From: Clostridia bacterium
GTDB taxonomy: Bacteria; Bacillota; Clostridia; RUG12999
Direction of reading: 5' to 3'
Length of the DNA: 64,000 nt
Assembly: GCA_017467445.1 (NCBI GenBank)
Contig: JAFTSG010000003.1
Span: 75,753 to 139,752, forward strand
In this document: piece by piece, positions 1 to 9,225 of the stretch
Numbering within the stretch: the first letter of the stretch is position 1
Layout of the letters: each line of letters begins with the position of its first letter
The notes under the pieces: model-generated
Databases searched by the model: none
What the model saw: the letters and a program-made list of their open reading frames with translations, nothing else
Told to the model about the DNA's origin: nothing
Program-made: the position numbers and the translations under genes

Positions 1-96
1 AAAAAGGCCTATAATGAAAAAACAACTCCCAACTGCCGCGAAAAATGTGCAGGCTGCGGACTTATGGGAAAATGCGGGGTGAAGCAGAATGGGTAA
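1..96 (+). CDS. 3' end of a CDS entering from the window edge, possibly the radical SAM partner of the next gene
   Basis: Open frame from position 1 ending ...NCREKCAGCGLMGKCGVKQNG*, stop 94-96, overlapping the next start (ATGGGTAA). The product guess rests only on the usual pairing with DUF2344-type genes. Confidence 0.35.
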   Translation, partial: KKAYNEKTTPNCREKCAGCGLMGKCGVKQNG

Positions 97-724
97 ATAT
101 ATTATAAAGTTTTTGAAGGACGAAAAAGTGAAATATGTTTCTCATCTTGATACTGTCCGTTTGTTCGGCAGAACAATGCGCCGTGCGGGAATTACAATGA
201 GTATGTCGCAGGGGTTTAATCCCCGCCCGATAATGACGTTTGCAAATCCTATCGGCATAGGAATTTCAAGCACCTCGGAGCTTGCGCTTATAGGTGTGGA
301 TGAAGAAATTTCACCGCGCGACCTTGCTATAACCCTTAACGAATATCTGCCTGACGGGTTCAAAGTGCTTGCCGCAAAAAAAGAATTTGCCAAATCTCCG
401 TTTACGGCACTTACATTTGCACAGTATAAAATAACCGTTACAGGAGATATTGCAAATCCTGCTGTTATTCTCGATATGCCCGAAATAATAATGCCGAAGA
501 AAACAAAGAGCGGCGTTAAGGATACAGATATAAAACCGTTTATCCGTTCAATCTTTATCGAGGGACAAACTATTTATGCAACTGTTCGTTGCGGTGAAAC
601 AAACCTCAAACCCGAGCTTTTGGTTGAGGCTATTGAAAAGTATACAGCCTCTCATATTGAGGAATATACAACAGAAAGAACAGCTCTTCTTGACGAGAAT
701 TTAAAAGATTTGATTGAATTTTGA
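89..724 (+). CDS. DUF2344/TIGR03936-family radical-SAM-associated protein
   Basis: 211-aa ORF. The N-terminal YVSHLDTVRLFGRTMRRAGI...QGFNPRP pattern is typical of this family as I recall it. Coupled to the upstream ORF. Confidence 0.7.
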   Translation: MGKYIIKFLKDEKVKYVSHLDTVRLFGRTMRRAGITMSMSQGFNPRPIMTFANPIGIGISSTSELALIGVDEEISPRDLAITLNEYLPDGFKVLAAKKEFAKSPFTALTFAQYKITVTGDIANPAVILDMPEIIMPKKTKSGVKDTDIKPFIRSIFIEGQTIYATVRCGETNLKPELLVEAIEKYTASHIEEYTTERTALLDENLKDLIEF

Positions 725-725
725 A

Positions 726-757
726 AATGAGTGGCTTTACGCCACTCATTTTTGTTT
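726..757. terminator. bidirectional hairpin terminator
   Basis: AATGAGTGGC (726-735) pairs with GCCACTCATT (741-750). A-run upstream and T-run downstream; lies between convergent genes. Confidence 0.7.
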
Positions 758-1558
758 TAATATTGATTTTAATGTAGCATCGGCATTTGTCTCGGCAAGT
801 CTGCCATAGATATAATAGGGTGAAACCACTCCATAAAATTCTCCCGTTTCATCTTTAACAACTCCAAGTGCATTATGCGGCAGGGAATTTGCCGCATCAA
901 GTGCTTTCATTGAATCTTTTATTGCAAAAGCAGGACATTTTTCAATATCTCGTTCTTTTGCACAAACCGTTTCAATAACAGGATTACAATAATTTGACGA
1001 ATTTGAAAAGAATACAAATAATCCTATATAAAGCAGGCTAAAATTTATTTTGCTTACGCAAAGCATCATAACACCAAGGATTGTAATCAGAATCCCGCTT
1101 ATTTTCCCCGATATGGCAGTTACTTTTTTTGCTGTTTTCCTGTTTGTCAGATTGCACACCAAAGCATATAAAATCTGTCCTCCGTCAAGCGGAAGTGCAG
1201 GAATTAAGTTTATAACGGCAACAGACAGATTCGTGATGAAAAATTTAAAACTACCTATTTTAAGTGCAATGCACGCCATAATAATATTCACAAGCGGGCC
1301 GCATAAAGCAACAAAAAAGAGCACCCCCGATGAAAAGTATCTGCCGCCGACAAGCTCTATGCCGAATCCTTTTATTATAAAATTATCGGGGTTAAATCCG
1401 CAAAGGCAGGCGGCGGCATAATGTGCCAGCTCGTGAATTATTGCAGAAAATGCTATTATGTACATATTAGTATTTCCGCTTACAATGCAGATTGCCGCTG
1501 TTATCAGAAGTGAATAATCCGCAAATACATTTTTATAAATTCTAAACGTGCCTTTCAT
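746..1558 (-). CDS. spoIVFB: M50 site-2 metalloprotease, SpoIVFB-like
   Basis: 270-aa polytopic ORF with a membrane-embedded HELAH (HExxH) and NLIPALPLDGG (NxxPxxxxDG), plus a soluble CBS-like C-terminal region. Size and architecture match SpoIVFB. Confidence 0.7.
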   Translation of the reverse strand: MKGTFRIYKNVFADYSLLITAAICIVSGNTNMYIIAFSAIIHELAHYAAACLCGFNPDNFIIKGFGIELVGGRYFSSGVLFFVALCGPLVNIIMACIALKIGSFKFFITNLSVAVINLIPALPLDGGQILYALVCNLTNRKTAKKVTAISGKISGILITILGVMMLCVSKINFSLLYIGLFVFFSNSSNYCNPVIETVCAKERDIEKCPAFAIKDSMKALDAANSLPHNALGVVKDETGEFYGVVSPYYIYGRLAETNADATLKSILKQK

Positions 1559-1831
1559 TTATTCTTCGGCACTTCCCGATACCGGAACAGAGTCCTGAAC
1601 ATCGCCGTCCGGATTAAGTTTTTTTACGATTTCTTCCATATTCACTGTTGTATTCAAAAAATGTGAAACATATTCGGCAGGAGTTTTTCCGTTTGGAAGC
1701 GGAGTATCTTTGAAAATCATAAATCCGCATATGAGCGCCACACATACCATCAGCTGAATAAATATTTTAACTTCTCCTTTTTGCGGGTTTGTTTCTTTTT
1801 TTACGCCTCTTGACTTTCGTCTTGTTTCCAT
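1559..1831 (-). CDS. small single-pass membrane protein, co-transcribed with the spoIVFB-like gene
   Basis: 90-aa ORF with a basic N-terminus, one hydrophobic helix (IFIQLMVCVALICGFMIF) and an acidic tail. Its stop abuts the spoIVFB-like start. Confidence 0.5.
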   Translation of the reverse strand: METRRKSRGVKKETNPQKGEVKIFIQLMVCVALICGFMIFKDTPLPNGKTPAEYVSHFLNTTVNMEEIVKKLNPDGDVQDSVPVSGSAEE

Positions 1832-1998
1832 TTATATCCCTCCTTCTTACACTATATTAAAGTTTATTTTTCAACTTCTGACTTTATTACACCATAAATA
1901 GCAAGATTTGCAATGTCCAGTGCAAAATAAACTATTTACAAAATTTTATTTTTGATATATAATAATGTAAACTTTAATTATAAAAAGGGAGTGTTATT

Positions 1999-2850
1999 AT
2001 GGCATTTACAATTTCAGGTTTTACAGATGAAATCAATAAGGATTTCGGAATTCAGATGGAAGGCGCAAAAAAATATGGTCTTTCACATATTGAAATTCGC
2101 GGAATTAACGGAAAAAACATAGGCGCGTTTGACAAAGAAGAAATTAAACCTATTAAAAAACAACTTGATGAAAATGGCATTAAGGTTTCTTCAATTGGTT
2201 CTCCTATCGGTAAATTTTATATCAACGAAGATTTTGAACCTCATTTTGCAGCTTTCAAAAATATGCTTGATATTGCGCAGGCTGTTGAAGCCAAATACAT
2301 AAGACTTTTCAGTTTCTATCCTCCAACTAAAGACGCAGACCCTGCTCTCTATCGCGATGACATTCTTAAAAGAATGAACGAATTTGTTAAAGCTGCAAAA
2401 GGAACAGGTGTTATGCTTCTTCACGAAAATGAAAAGGGCATTTACGGCGATATTGCCGACAGATGTGTTGACCTTGTGGAAAGTATAGGCAGTGATAACC
2501 TCCGTGTTGTTTTTGACCCTGCAAACTTTGTTCAATGCGGCGAAGAAACTTACCCGAGTGCATTCAACAAGCTCAAAAACTACATTGAATATATGCACAT
2601 TAAAGATGCTAAACAAAACGGTGATACCTGTCCTGCCGGTCAGGGCGAAGGCAAAATTAAAGAAATTTTGCAGTCACTTAAAGATATGAACTTTGACGGA
2701 TTTATTTCTCTCGAACCGCATCTCAGCAGATTTGATGGCCTTGCGGCTCTTGAACAGGACGTTCAGTATAAAAATCTTTCAGATAACGGCGAACGCACAT
2801 TTGCGCTTGCACTCAACTCATTAAAAGCAATCCTTGATGAACTCAAATAA
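1999..2850 (+). CDS. sugar phosphate isomerase/epimerase (xylose isomerase-like TIM barrel)
   Basis: 283-aa ORF preceded by an AAGGGAG RBS. Family-like blocks IEIRG, YIRLFSF, LLHENE, VFDPANF, HIKD. Confidence 0.75.
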   Translation: MAFTISGFTDEINKDFGIQMEGAKKYGLSHIEIRGINGKNIGAFDKEEIKPIKKQLDENGIKVSSIGSPIGKFYINEDFEPHFAAFKNMLDIAQAVEAKYIRLFSFYPPTKDADPALYRDDILKRMNEFVKAAKGTGVMLLHENEKGIYGDIADRCVDLVESIGSDNLRVVFDPANFVQCGEETYPSAFNKLKNYIEYMHIKDAKQNGDTCPAGQGEGKIKEILQSLKDMNFDGFISLEPHLSRFDGLAALEQDVQYKNLSDNGERTFALALNSLKAILDELK

Positions 2851-2868
2851 GAAAGGTAGTGTTTTACT

Positions 2869-4029
2869 ATGGTAAGAATTGGTATTGTTGGTCTTGGTAA
2901 TATGGGAAGATCCCATTCAAAAAACATTTTTGGCGGCAAAATTCCAAACGGAAAACTTGCAGCTGTTTGCGACACAGACCCCTCAAAACTGCAGTGGCTT
3001 AAAGAAATAGGTCACGAAGAAGTAAAAACTTTTACAGACGCTGAAGAAATGTTCAAAAGCGGCGAAGTTGACCTTGTAATTATTGCAGTGCCTCATTATT
3101 TCCATCCTCCGATGGTTAAACTTGCTCTTGCAAATAATCTTAACGTTATCAGTGAAAAACCTGCGGGTGTTTATACAAAACAGGTTCGCGAAATGAACGA
3201 AGCGGCTGAAAAGAGTGATAAAGTTTTTGGTGTTATGTTCAACCAGAGAACAAATCCAATCTACAGAAAAGTACGCCAGATGATTCAGGATGGTGAGCTT
3301 GGTAAAATTAAAAGAATCACATGGATTATCACTAACTGGTACCGCACACAGGTGTATCACGATTCCGGTGCATGGCGTTCAACCTGGGAAGGTGAAGGCG
3401 GCGGTCTTCTTATCAACCAGTGTCCGCACCAGATTGACCTTTGGCAGTGGATGTTCGGTATGCCAAACCGCATTAAATCCTTTGTAAGCTTTGGTAAATA
3501 CCGTGACATCGAAGTTGAAGACGAAGTTACAGCATATATGGAATACGACAACGGCGCAATCGGTACATTTATTTCCAGCACAACAGAATGCCCCGGCACA
3601 AACAGACTTGAAGTTGCCTGCGAAATGGGTACTCTTATTGTTGAAAATGATGAAATTACATTCAAACGCATGACCGTTCCGGAACCGCAGTTCAACGAAA
3701 ATGCAACTCTGGGTTTCCAGTCACCTGACGTTTGGGAATGTAAAGTACCACCGCTTCTCGGAGCTGAAAACACACAACACTCAGGTATTATCAACAATGT
3801 TATTGATGCCATCGAAAAAGGAACTCCGCTTCTTGCACAGGGTACGGAAGGTATTAATGGTGTTAAATTCTCAAACGCTATCCATCTTTCCGCATGGACA
3901 GATTCATGGGTTGACGTTGATAATCTTGATGAAGATTTATATTATAACCTCCTTCAGGAGAAAATCAAAAATTCTACATATGTTAAGAATTTAAGAGAAC
4001 AGGTAAGTGACACAAAAGGCACTTATTAA
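2869..4029 (+). CDS. Gfo/Idh/MocA family oxidoreductase
   Basis: 386 aa. N-terminal Rossmann motif MVRIGIVGLGNMG, EKP motif (ISEKPAG), GGGLLINQCPHQIDL block. Confidence 0.85.
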   Translation: MVRIGIVGLGNMGRSHSKNIFGGKIPNGKLAAVCDTDPSKLQWLKEIGHEEVKTFTDAEEMFKSGEVDLVIIAVPHYFHPPMVKLALANNLNVISEKPAGVYTKQVREMNEAAEKSDKVFGVMFNQRTNPIYRKVRQMIQDGELGKIKRITWIITNWYRTQVYHDSGAWRSTWEGEGGGLLINQCPHQIDLWQWMFGMPNRIKSFVSFGKYRDIEVEDEVTAYMEYDNGAIGTFISSTTECPGTNRLEVACEMGTLIVENDEITFKRMTVPEPQFNENATLGFQSPDVWECKVPPLLGAENTQHSGIINNVIDAIEKGTPLLAQGTEGINGVKFSNAIHLSAWTDSWVDVDNLDEDLYYNLLQEKIKNSTYVKNLREQVSDTKGTY

Positions 4030-4211
4030 TAGGAGATAAACCTTATTAAATTCTTCCACATTCACTTTCTGCCTTGTAAAACCTGTTCAACAATAGGCAT
4101 TTTGCATACTATTGAACAGGATAAATGTTGTAGCAAAGACCCTTTTTATTGTCTTAATAAAAACTATGACTTCCTTGCAAGTGCAGGACTTCAGAGGAGG
4201 AACAAGAATAA

Positions 4212-5234
4212 ATGAGAGATTACTTAAACGCAGTTATTATAGGATGTGGCTCCATTTCCGTCGTGCACGCAGCCGCAATAAATGACAGTGAATTTGCAAA
4301 GCTTTACGGCGTTTGTGATACTGACAAGTCAAAGCTTGATGCAGCAGTGGCAAAATATGGTTGCAAATGTTATACTTCTATTGAAGAGGTTCTTGAAGAC
4401 GAAAACGTGGACGTTGTTCACATCTGCACACCTCATTATCTCCACTCGTCAATGCTTGAAGCATCTGTTAAAGCAGGGAAAAAGGTAGTTATTGAAAAAC
4501 CGATGACAATGAATTTTGACGAATACCGCCACGCATATGCCGTTGTAAAAGAATATGATGGTAAAGTTTGCAACATCATTCAGAACCGTTTCAACCCTTG
4601 TATTATTAAAATAAAAGAAATGATCGAAAGCGGTAAATACGGCAAAATATTGGGACTTCGCGGAATACTTACCTGGAAACGTGATGCTAAATATTACGCA
4701 AGCGGGCAGTGGCGCGGTAAATGGGCAACTGAAGGCGGCGGGGTTGTTATTAACCAGGCTCTTCACACAATTGACCTTTTATGTTATCTTGGCAAAAAAC
4801 CTAAATCGGTTAAAGCAACTTGCGACAATCGTTCACTTCAGGGAATTATCGAGGTTGAAGATACTGCTGAAGCTATAATCCATATGGATGAAGGTGTAAA
4901 CGCACTGTTTTATGCAACCAATGCATACTGCAGAGATTCCTGTTACGACCTTGAGGTTGTTATGGAAAATGCATATCTTAAGTATATGTTCAATAACCTT
5001 TATTTGATTGAAAACGGCGAAATGTCGCTTCTTGAAAGTGATAAAATGGAGGTTTGCGGAAAAACCTGCTGGGGTGGCGGTCATAAAACCGTTATCGGCA
5101 ATTTCTATTCAAACCTTTGCGGTCACGGCGGCGAATATACACCGTTCGAATCCGCAGCCGAATATATCGGTGTGTTTGATGCGCTGTATAAATCGGCAAA
5201 TTCGCGCAAAGAAGAAAAGGTTGAAACTTTATAG
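4212..5234 (+). CDS. Gfo/Idh/MocA family oxidoreductase
   Basis: 340 aa. VIIGCGSIS, VIEKPM and GGGVVINQALHTIDL blocks; paralogous to the preceding gene. Confidence 0.85.
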   Translation: MRDYLNAVIIGCGSISVVHAAAINDSEFAKLYGVCDTDKSKLDAAVAKYGCKCYTSIEEVLEDENVDVVHICTPHYLHSSMLEASVKAGKKVVIEKPMTMNFDEYRHAYAVVKEYDGKVCNIIQNRFNPCIIKIKEMIESGKYGKILGLRGILTWKRDAKYYASGQWRGKWATEGGGVVINQALHTIDLLCYLGKKPKSVKATCDNRSLQGIIEVEDTAEAIIHMDEGVNALFYATNAYCRDSCYDLEVVMENAYLKYMFNNLYLIENGEMSLLESDKMEVCGKTCWGGGHKTVIGNFYSNLCGHGGEYTPFESAAEYIGVFDALYKSANSRKEEKVETL

Positions 5235-5245
5235 GAATAATTTCA

Positions 5246-5279
5246 AAGGCAGTTCAAAATGAACTGCCTTTTTCTTTTT
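5246..5279 (+). terminator. rho-independent terminator
   Basis: AAGGCAGTTC / GAACTGCCTT hairpin followed by TTTTCTTTTT. Confidence 0.75.
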
Positions 5280-5358
5280 GAATATGTAATATTTTTCATT
5301 TTACGAAAATATATATATACTACATGTACAATTGCATATTTGAAAAGGAGGAAAATAG

Positions 5359-6834
5359 ATGGATGGCTATAACATTTATCAGGATATAGCAAACCGCACG
5401 GAAGGCAACATTTACATAGGTGTTGTTGGTCCTGTGCGAACGGGCAAATCCACATTTATAAAGAGATTTATGGATTTAAAGGTTTTGCCAAATATTGAAA
5501 ACGACTTTCGCAGGACACGGGCAATGGATGAGCTTCCGCAAAGCGCCTCAGGCAGGACCATTATGACAACCGAACCAAAATTTGTACCAAACGAGGCGGT
5601 AACCATAAATATTGATGATGCGATGTGCAAAGTACGCCTTATTGACTGTGTCGGATATATGGTTGACGGTGCAATAGGCGGCATTGAAGACGGTAATGTA
5701 CGAATGGTACAGACACCGTGGGATGCAGACCCTATGCCGTTTGATACAGCTGCAGAAATCGGCACAAAAAAGGTTATTGAAGACCATTCCACAATCGGTC
5801 TTGTTGTGACAAGTGACGGCAGTATTACCGACATCCCCCGCGAGGATTATCTTGATGCGGAGCGTCGTGTTGTTTCCGAGCTTAAGGCAATAAATAAACC
5901 GTTTGTTGTACTTCTTAACTCTACTATGCCGTACAGCGCCCCTACAAAGGAACTGCAAAATCAGCTTATGCAGGAATATAACGTTCCTGTTATTGCAATG
6001 TCGTGTGCGGATATGAATGAGGAAGATATTGAAACCATTTTGAAAGCCGTTCTTTATGAATTTCCTCTTAAAGAAATAGGTATTTGTTTGCCAAAATGGC
6101 TTGATGCGCTTGATTATTCGCATCCGCTTAAGGATAAGATATATACATCACTTCGAGAATCTCTTAAAAATGTACATAAAATCCGTGACGGGATTATGGC
6201 AGCAAAAAGTATTTGCAATTTTGATTTTGCAAAAGATGTAAGACTCCCAATGGTTGACCTTGGCAGTGGCACTGTTATGGTGGATGTTGCAACGCCGGAA
6301 GAGCTGTTTTACCAGATACTTTCTTCATCTACAGGGTTTGATATCAGCGGCGAAGAACGTCTGTTATCACTTTTAATGGAATTAAAAGATGTGAAATCAA
6401 GGTATGATAAGATTGAATATGCTCTTAAAGAAGTTGATGCAAAAGGGTATGGAATTGTTTGCCCGACTATCGATGAGCTCTCTCTTGAAGAGCCTGAAAT
6501 TATGAAACAGGGCAATCGATACGGTGTACGCCTTAAAGCATCGGCACCGTCGATACATCTTATCCGAGCAGATATTGAAGCCGAGGTTAACCCGATTGTA
6601 GGAACAGAAAAACAGAGTGAGGAGCTTATTAAGTATTTGCTTGATGAGTTTGAAACCGACCCGAAAAAGATTTGGGAATCCAATATTTTCGGCAAATCTT
6701 TGCACGAGTTGGTTAACGAGGGACTGCATAACAAGCTTTCTAAAATGCCGGAAGAATCACGGTTTAAACTACAGGAAACCCTGCAACGCATTATAAACGA
6801 GGGTAGCGGCGGATTGATTTGCATAATATTATAG
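5359..6834 (+). CDS. spoIVA: stage IV sporulation protein A (spore coat morphogenetic ATPase)
   Basis: 491 aa. N-terminus IYQDIANRTEGNIYIGVVGPVRTGKSTFIKRFMD (Walker A). Length and overall sequence are characteristic of SpoIVA. Confidence 0.95.
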   Translation: MDGYNIYQDIANRTEGNIYIGVVGPVRTGKSTFIKRFMDLKVLPNIENDFRRTRAMDELPQSASGRTIMTTEPKFVPNEAVTINIDDAMCKVRLIDCVGYMVDGAIGGIEDGNVRMVQTPWDADPMPFDTAAEIGTKKVIEDHSTIGLVVTSDGSITDIPREDYLDAERRVVSELKAINKPFVVLLNSTMPYSAPTKELQNQLMQEYNVPVIAMSCADMNEEDIETILKAVLYEFPLKEIGICLPKWLDALDYSHPLKDKIYTSLRESLKNVHKIRDGIMAAKSICNFDFAKDVRLPMVDLGSGTVMVDVATPEELFYQILSSSTGFDISGEERLLSLLMELKDVKSRYDKIEYALKEVDAKGYGIVCPTIDELSLEEPEIMKQGNRYGVRLKASAPSIHLIRADIEAEVNPIVGTEKQSEELIKYLLDEFETDPKKIWESNIFGKSLHELVNEGLHNKLSKMPEESRFKLQETLQRIINEGSGGLICIIL

Positions 6835-6840
6835 AAAATA

Positions 6841-6866
6841 AAAAGGTGCCGACCGGCACCTTTTTT
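6841..6866. terminator. bidirectional terminator
   Basis: AAAAGGTGCC-GACC-GGCACCTTTTTT between convergent spoIVA and mnmE. Confidence 0.8.
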
Positions 6867-8232
6867 ATTTACCTACGCAGAACTCTTTAAATATCCTGTC
6901 AACTACTTCTTCGGAAACTGTCATTCCTGTTATTTCGCCGAGGGCTTCAACCGCTTCTGTCATATCAATAGATATAAAATCAAGCGGCATTCCCGATGTA
7001 TATGAATTGTATGCGTGTCGGATAGCATTTTTTGCGCGTGTTACCGCTTCTATATGCCTTACGTTTACAAGCACGGCATCCGCATCGGTTTCTATACCGC
7101 CCATTTCAAACATATCGCTGATGAGCGTTTTAAGTTCATCTATCCCCTCACCCGTTCTTGCGGCGGTGGTTACTACTGTTGCATCCGGTAAAAGTTTTTT
7201 GTACTTCTCTGCAGCACCGGCAATCTCAATATCTGTTTTATTAAGGAGAAGAATCGTATTTTTTCCCTGCACAAGCAATGCTACTTCCTCATCCTCGCTG
7301 TTTGGCATTTCGGATGTATCAACCACATACAAAACCAAATCCGCATCCTTGATTACATTTTTTGCACGGTCCACACCGATTTTTTCAACTACATTTTCCG
7401 TATCTCTGATACCTGCGGTGTCAATAAGTTTAAGTAACACATCGTCTACCTGAAGAAATTCTTCAACCGTATCTCTTGTTGTGCCGGGTATGTTTGTTAC
7501 AATGGCTTTTTCCTTTTCCACCAGTGCGTTAAGCACCGAGGATTTACCTGCATTTGGTCTTCCTGCGATTACTGTTGCAACTCCCTCACGGATATATCTT
7601 CCCTTTTCGGCACTTTTAAGGAGGCTGTCAAGTTCAGCTATATATCGTATAAGGTCATCTGCTAATGCCGTTTCATCTATACCGGAAATTCCTTCTTCCG
7701 GGAAATCGGCTTCTGCCTGAATGCTTGCAAGCACACGAAGAAGCTTATCTCTTACGGTGTTTATTTTAGACGAAATACTTCCCTCAAGCTGATTCACACC
7801 AACCGAAAGGGCTGTATTAGTTTTTGAATTTATTATATCAATAACGGCTTCTGCCTGTGAAAGGTCCATTTTTCCGTTTAAAAAGGCTCGTTTGGTAAAT
7901 TCACCTGCAAGAGCATATCTTACCCCTTTTTCAGCAAGGATGCCCAGAATTTCACGCACAGAGGTCATAGATCCGTGGCAGCTTATTTCCGCAACATCTT
8001 CGCCCGTAAACGAATTCGGTGCACGCATTACCGCAACAAGTACCTGATCAACATATCCGTTTTTACCAAGGATTTTACCAAGATGAACTGTATGTGTAGG
8101 CACATTTTCAATGTCTTTTGAAAATATCGTGTTTACGGTTTTAATTGAATCACTGCCGCTTACTCGTATAACCGCAATACTGCTTGTCCCTGGCGGCGTG
8201 GCAAGCGCCGCTATCGTATCGTTTGAAAGCAT
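6865..8232 (-). CDS. mnmE: tRNA modification GTPase MnmE
   Basis: 455 aa. G-domain GRPNAGKSS, DTAGIR, NKTD; C-terminal FCVGK (CxGK) motif. Confidence 0.95.
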   Translation of the reverse strand: MLSNDTIAALATPPGTSSIAVIRVSGSDSIKTVNTIFSKDIENVPTHTVHLGKILGKNGYVDQVLVAVMRAPNSFTGEDVAEISCHGSMTSVREILGILAEKGVRYALAGEFTKRAFLNGKMDLSQAEAVIDIINSKTNTALSVGVNQLEGSISSKINTVRDKLLRVLASIQAEADFPEEGISGIDETALADDLIRYIAELDSLLKSAEKGRYIREGVATVIAGRPNAGKSSVLNALVEKEKAIVTNIPGTTRDTVEEFLQVDDVLLKLIDTAGIRDTENVVEKIGVDRAKNVIKDADLVLYVVDTSEMPNSEDEEVALLVQGKNTILLLNKTDIEIAGAAEKYKKLLPDATVVTTAARTGEGIDELKTLISDMFEMGGIETDADAVLVNVRHIEAVTRAKNAIRHAYNSYTSGMPLDFISIDMTEAVEALGEITGMTVSEEVVDRIFKEFCVGK

Positions 8233-8297
8233 TATTCCACCTTCTTATGTATGGTATAAATATATTATACCATACATTTTGGTGTTTAACAAGTATA

Positions 8298-9062
8298 TTA
8301 TTTACGTTTAAACTGCCGCACAAGTGCTATTATTCCGGTGGCTGCAAGCACGATAAGACATACAGTAAGTGCCGTTATTATTTCCGGATACTGACCGGCA
8401 TAGTAACGCACGGAAACGTGTTTTACAAGAATGCCGATATATCCCTATATTACTGCCAGCATATACGGAAAATCCTTGTTTCTTAGGGCTGTTATGGAAG
8501 CTATTATTGTGCCAAGTACAAGAACTATTATTGTCCACGTGCTTTCCGAAAATAGAAATCCGTCAAATCCGATACTTACAAGAAAAGTTGTTACGTTTGC
8601 AATTGTTGCAATAGTTATCCATCCAAAATATATGCCAAAGGGTAGACGCAGGAAAAATCCCTCGTCTTTTAGTGTACTACTTATTGAACCGAGTGAAATC
8701 AAAAGAATAATCATTAAAACAAGTGCAAGACCTATAAGATAGTAACTCCACGATACTATCCAGAGGGTATTTGCAATTGACGAAACCGCAAACAACGTAC
8801 GTACTTTATCAAGCAGCTCTGGTTTTTTTACCGTTATAAACTGATAAATTGTAAATATTCCAAGAAGTGTATAAATCACTCCCCATATTGCAAATGTGCC
8901 CGCTGCCGGTGCAAAAAGATTTGGGTATGCGTCCGACACCTGTGCTGTAGGTGTATTGTTAAACACCCCGAATGTTGCCATTATATTTGCCGCTATCATT
9001 ATAACAAAGGTTGCGGCAGCTATAATTTTAAGTATAAAGGTATTATTTTTTTGTACAGGCAT
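8298..9062 (-). pseudogene. polytopic membrane protein (tentatively TspO/MBR-related) with one in-frame TAG at 8445-8447
   Basis: The 205-aa ORF 8445-9062 stops at TAG. The same frame then continues for 48 sense codons (GYIGILVKH...ITALTVCLIVLAATGIIALVRQFKRK) to TAA at 8298-8300, encoding a further TM helix. Confidence 0.55.
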
Positions 9063-9225
9063 TCAAATCATCTCCTTTATATGATTATATGATATTTCTA
9101 TCTATTCAATGCAAAAAGGTGTTGTACTAATCAATAAAACTTACCATGAATAAGAGTTTTGCTATTTACAATAACTTAATTTTACTATATAATACTATTG
9201 TAAGATTATTTTGGGAGATGAAGCA

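Noticed and set aside
1050-1421. Numerous 60-190-aa ORF-track entries overlapping well-supported genes on the opposite strand or in another frame (for example 1050-1421, 5412-6123, 7007-7453, 10632-11674, 43219-44316, 46051-46512)
   Set aside because: All lie inside longer ORFs with clear family signatures. They lack RBSs and translate to low-complexity or Cys/Phe-rich sequences typical of shadow ORFs in AT-rich DNA.
4081-4119. An imperfect palindrome (CCTGTTCAACAATAG...CTATTGAACAGG) between the two oxidoreductase genes, considered as a terminator or operator
   Set aside because: There is no T-run, the stem is imperfect, and no regulator gene lies nearby. The evidence is insufficient to call a function.
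6832-8447. Genome-wide reassignment of TAG (alternative genetic code or pyrrolysine) as an explanation for the in-frame TAGs at 8445 and 37173
   Set aside because: TAG ends bona fide genes in this window, directly before terminators or the next gene's start. Examples are spoIVA at 6832-6834, the GT4 gene at 50518-50520 and the transposase at 39922-39924. Local mutation or decay is more parsimonious.
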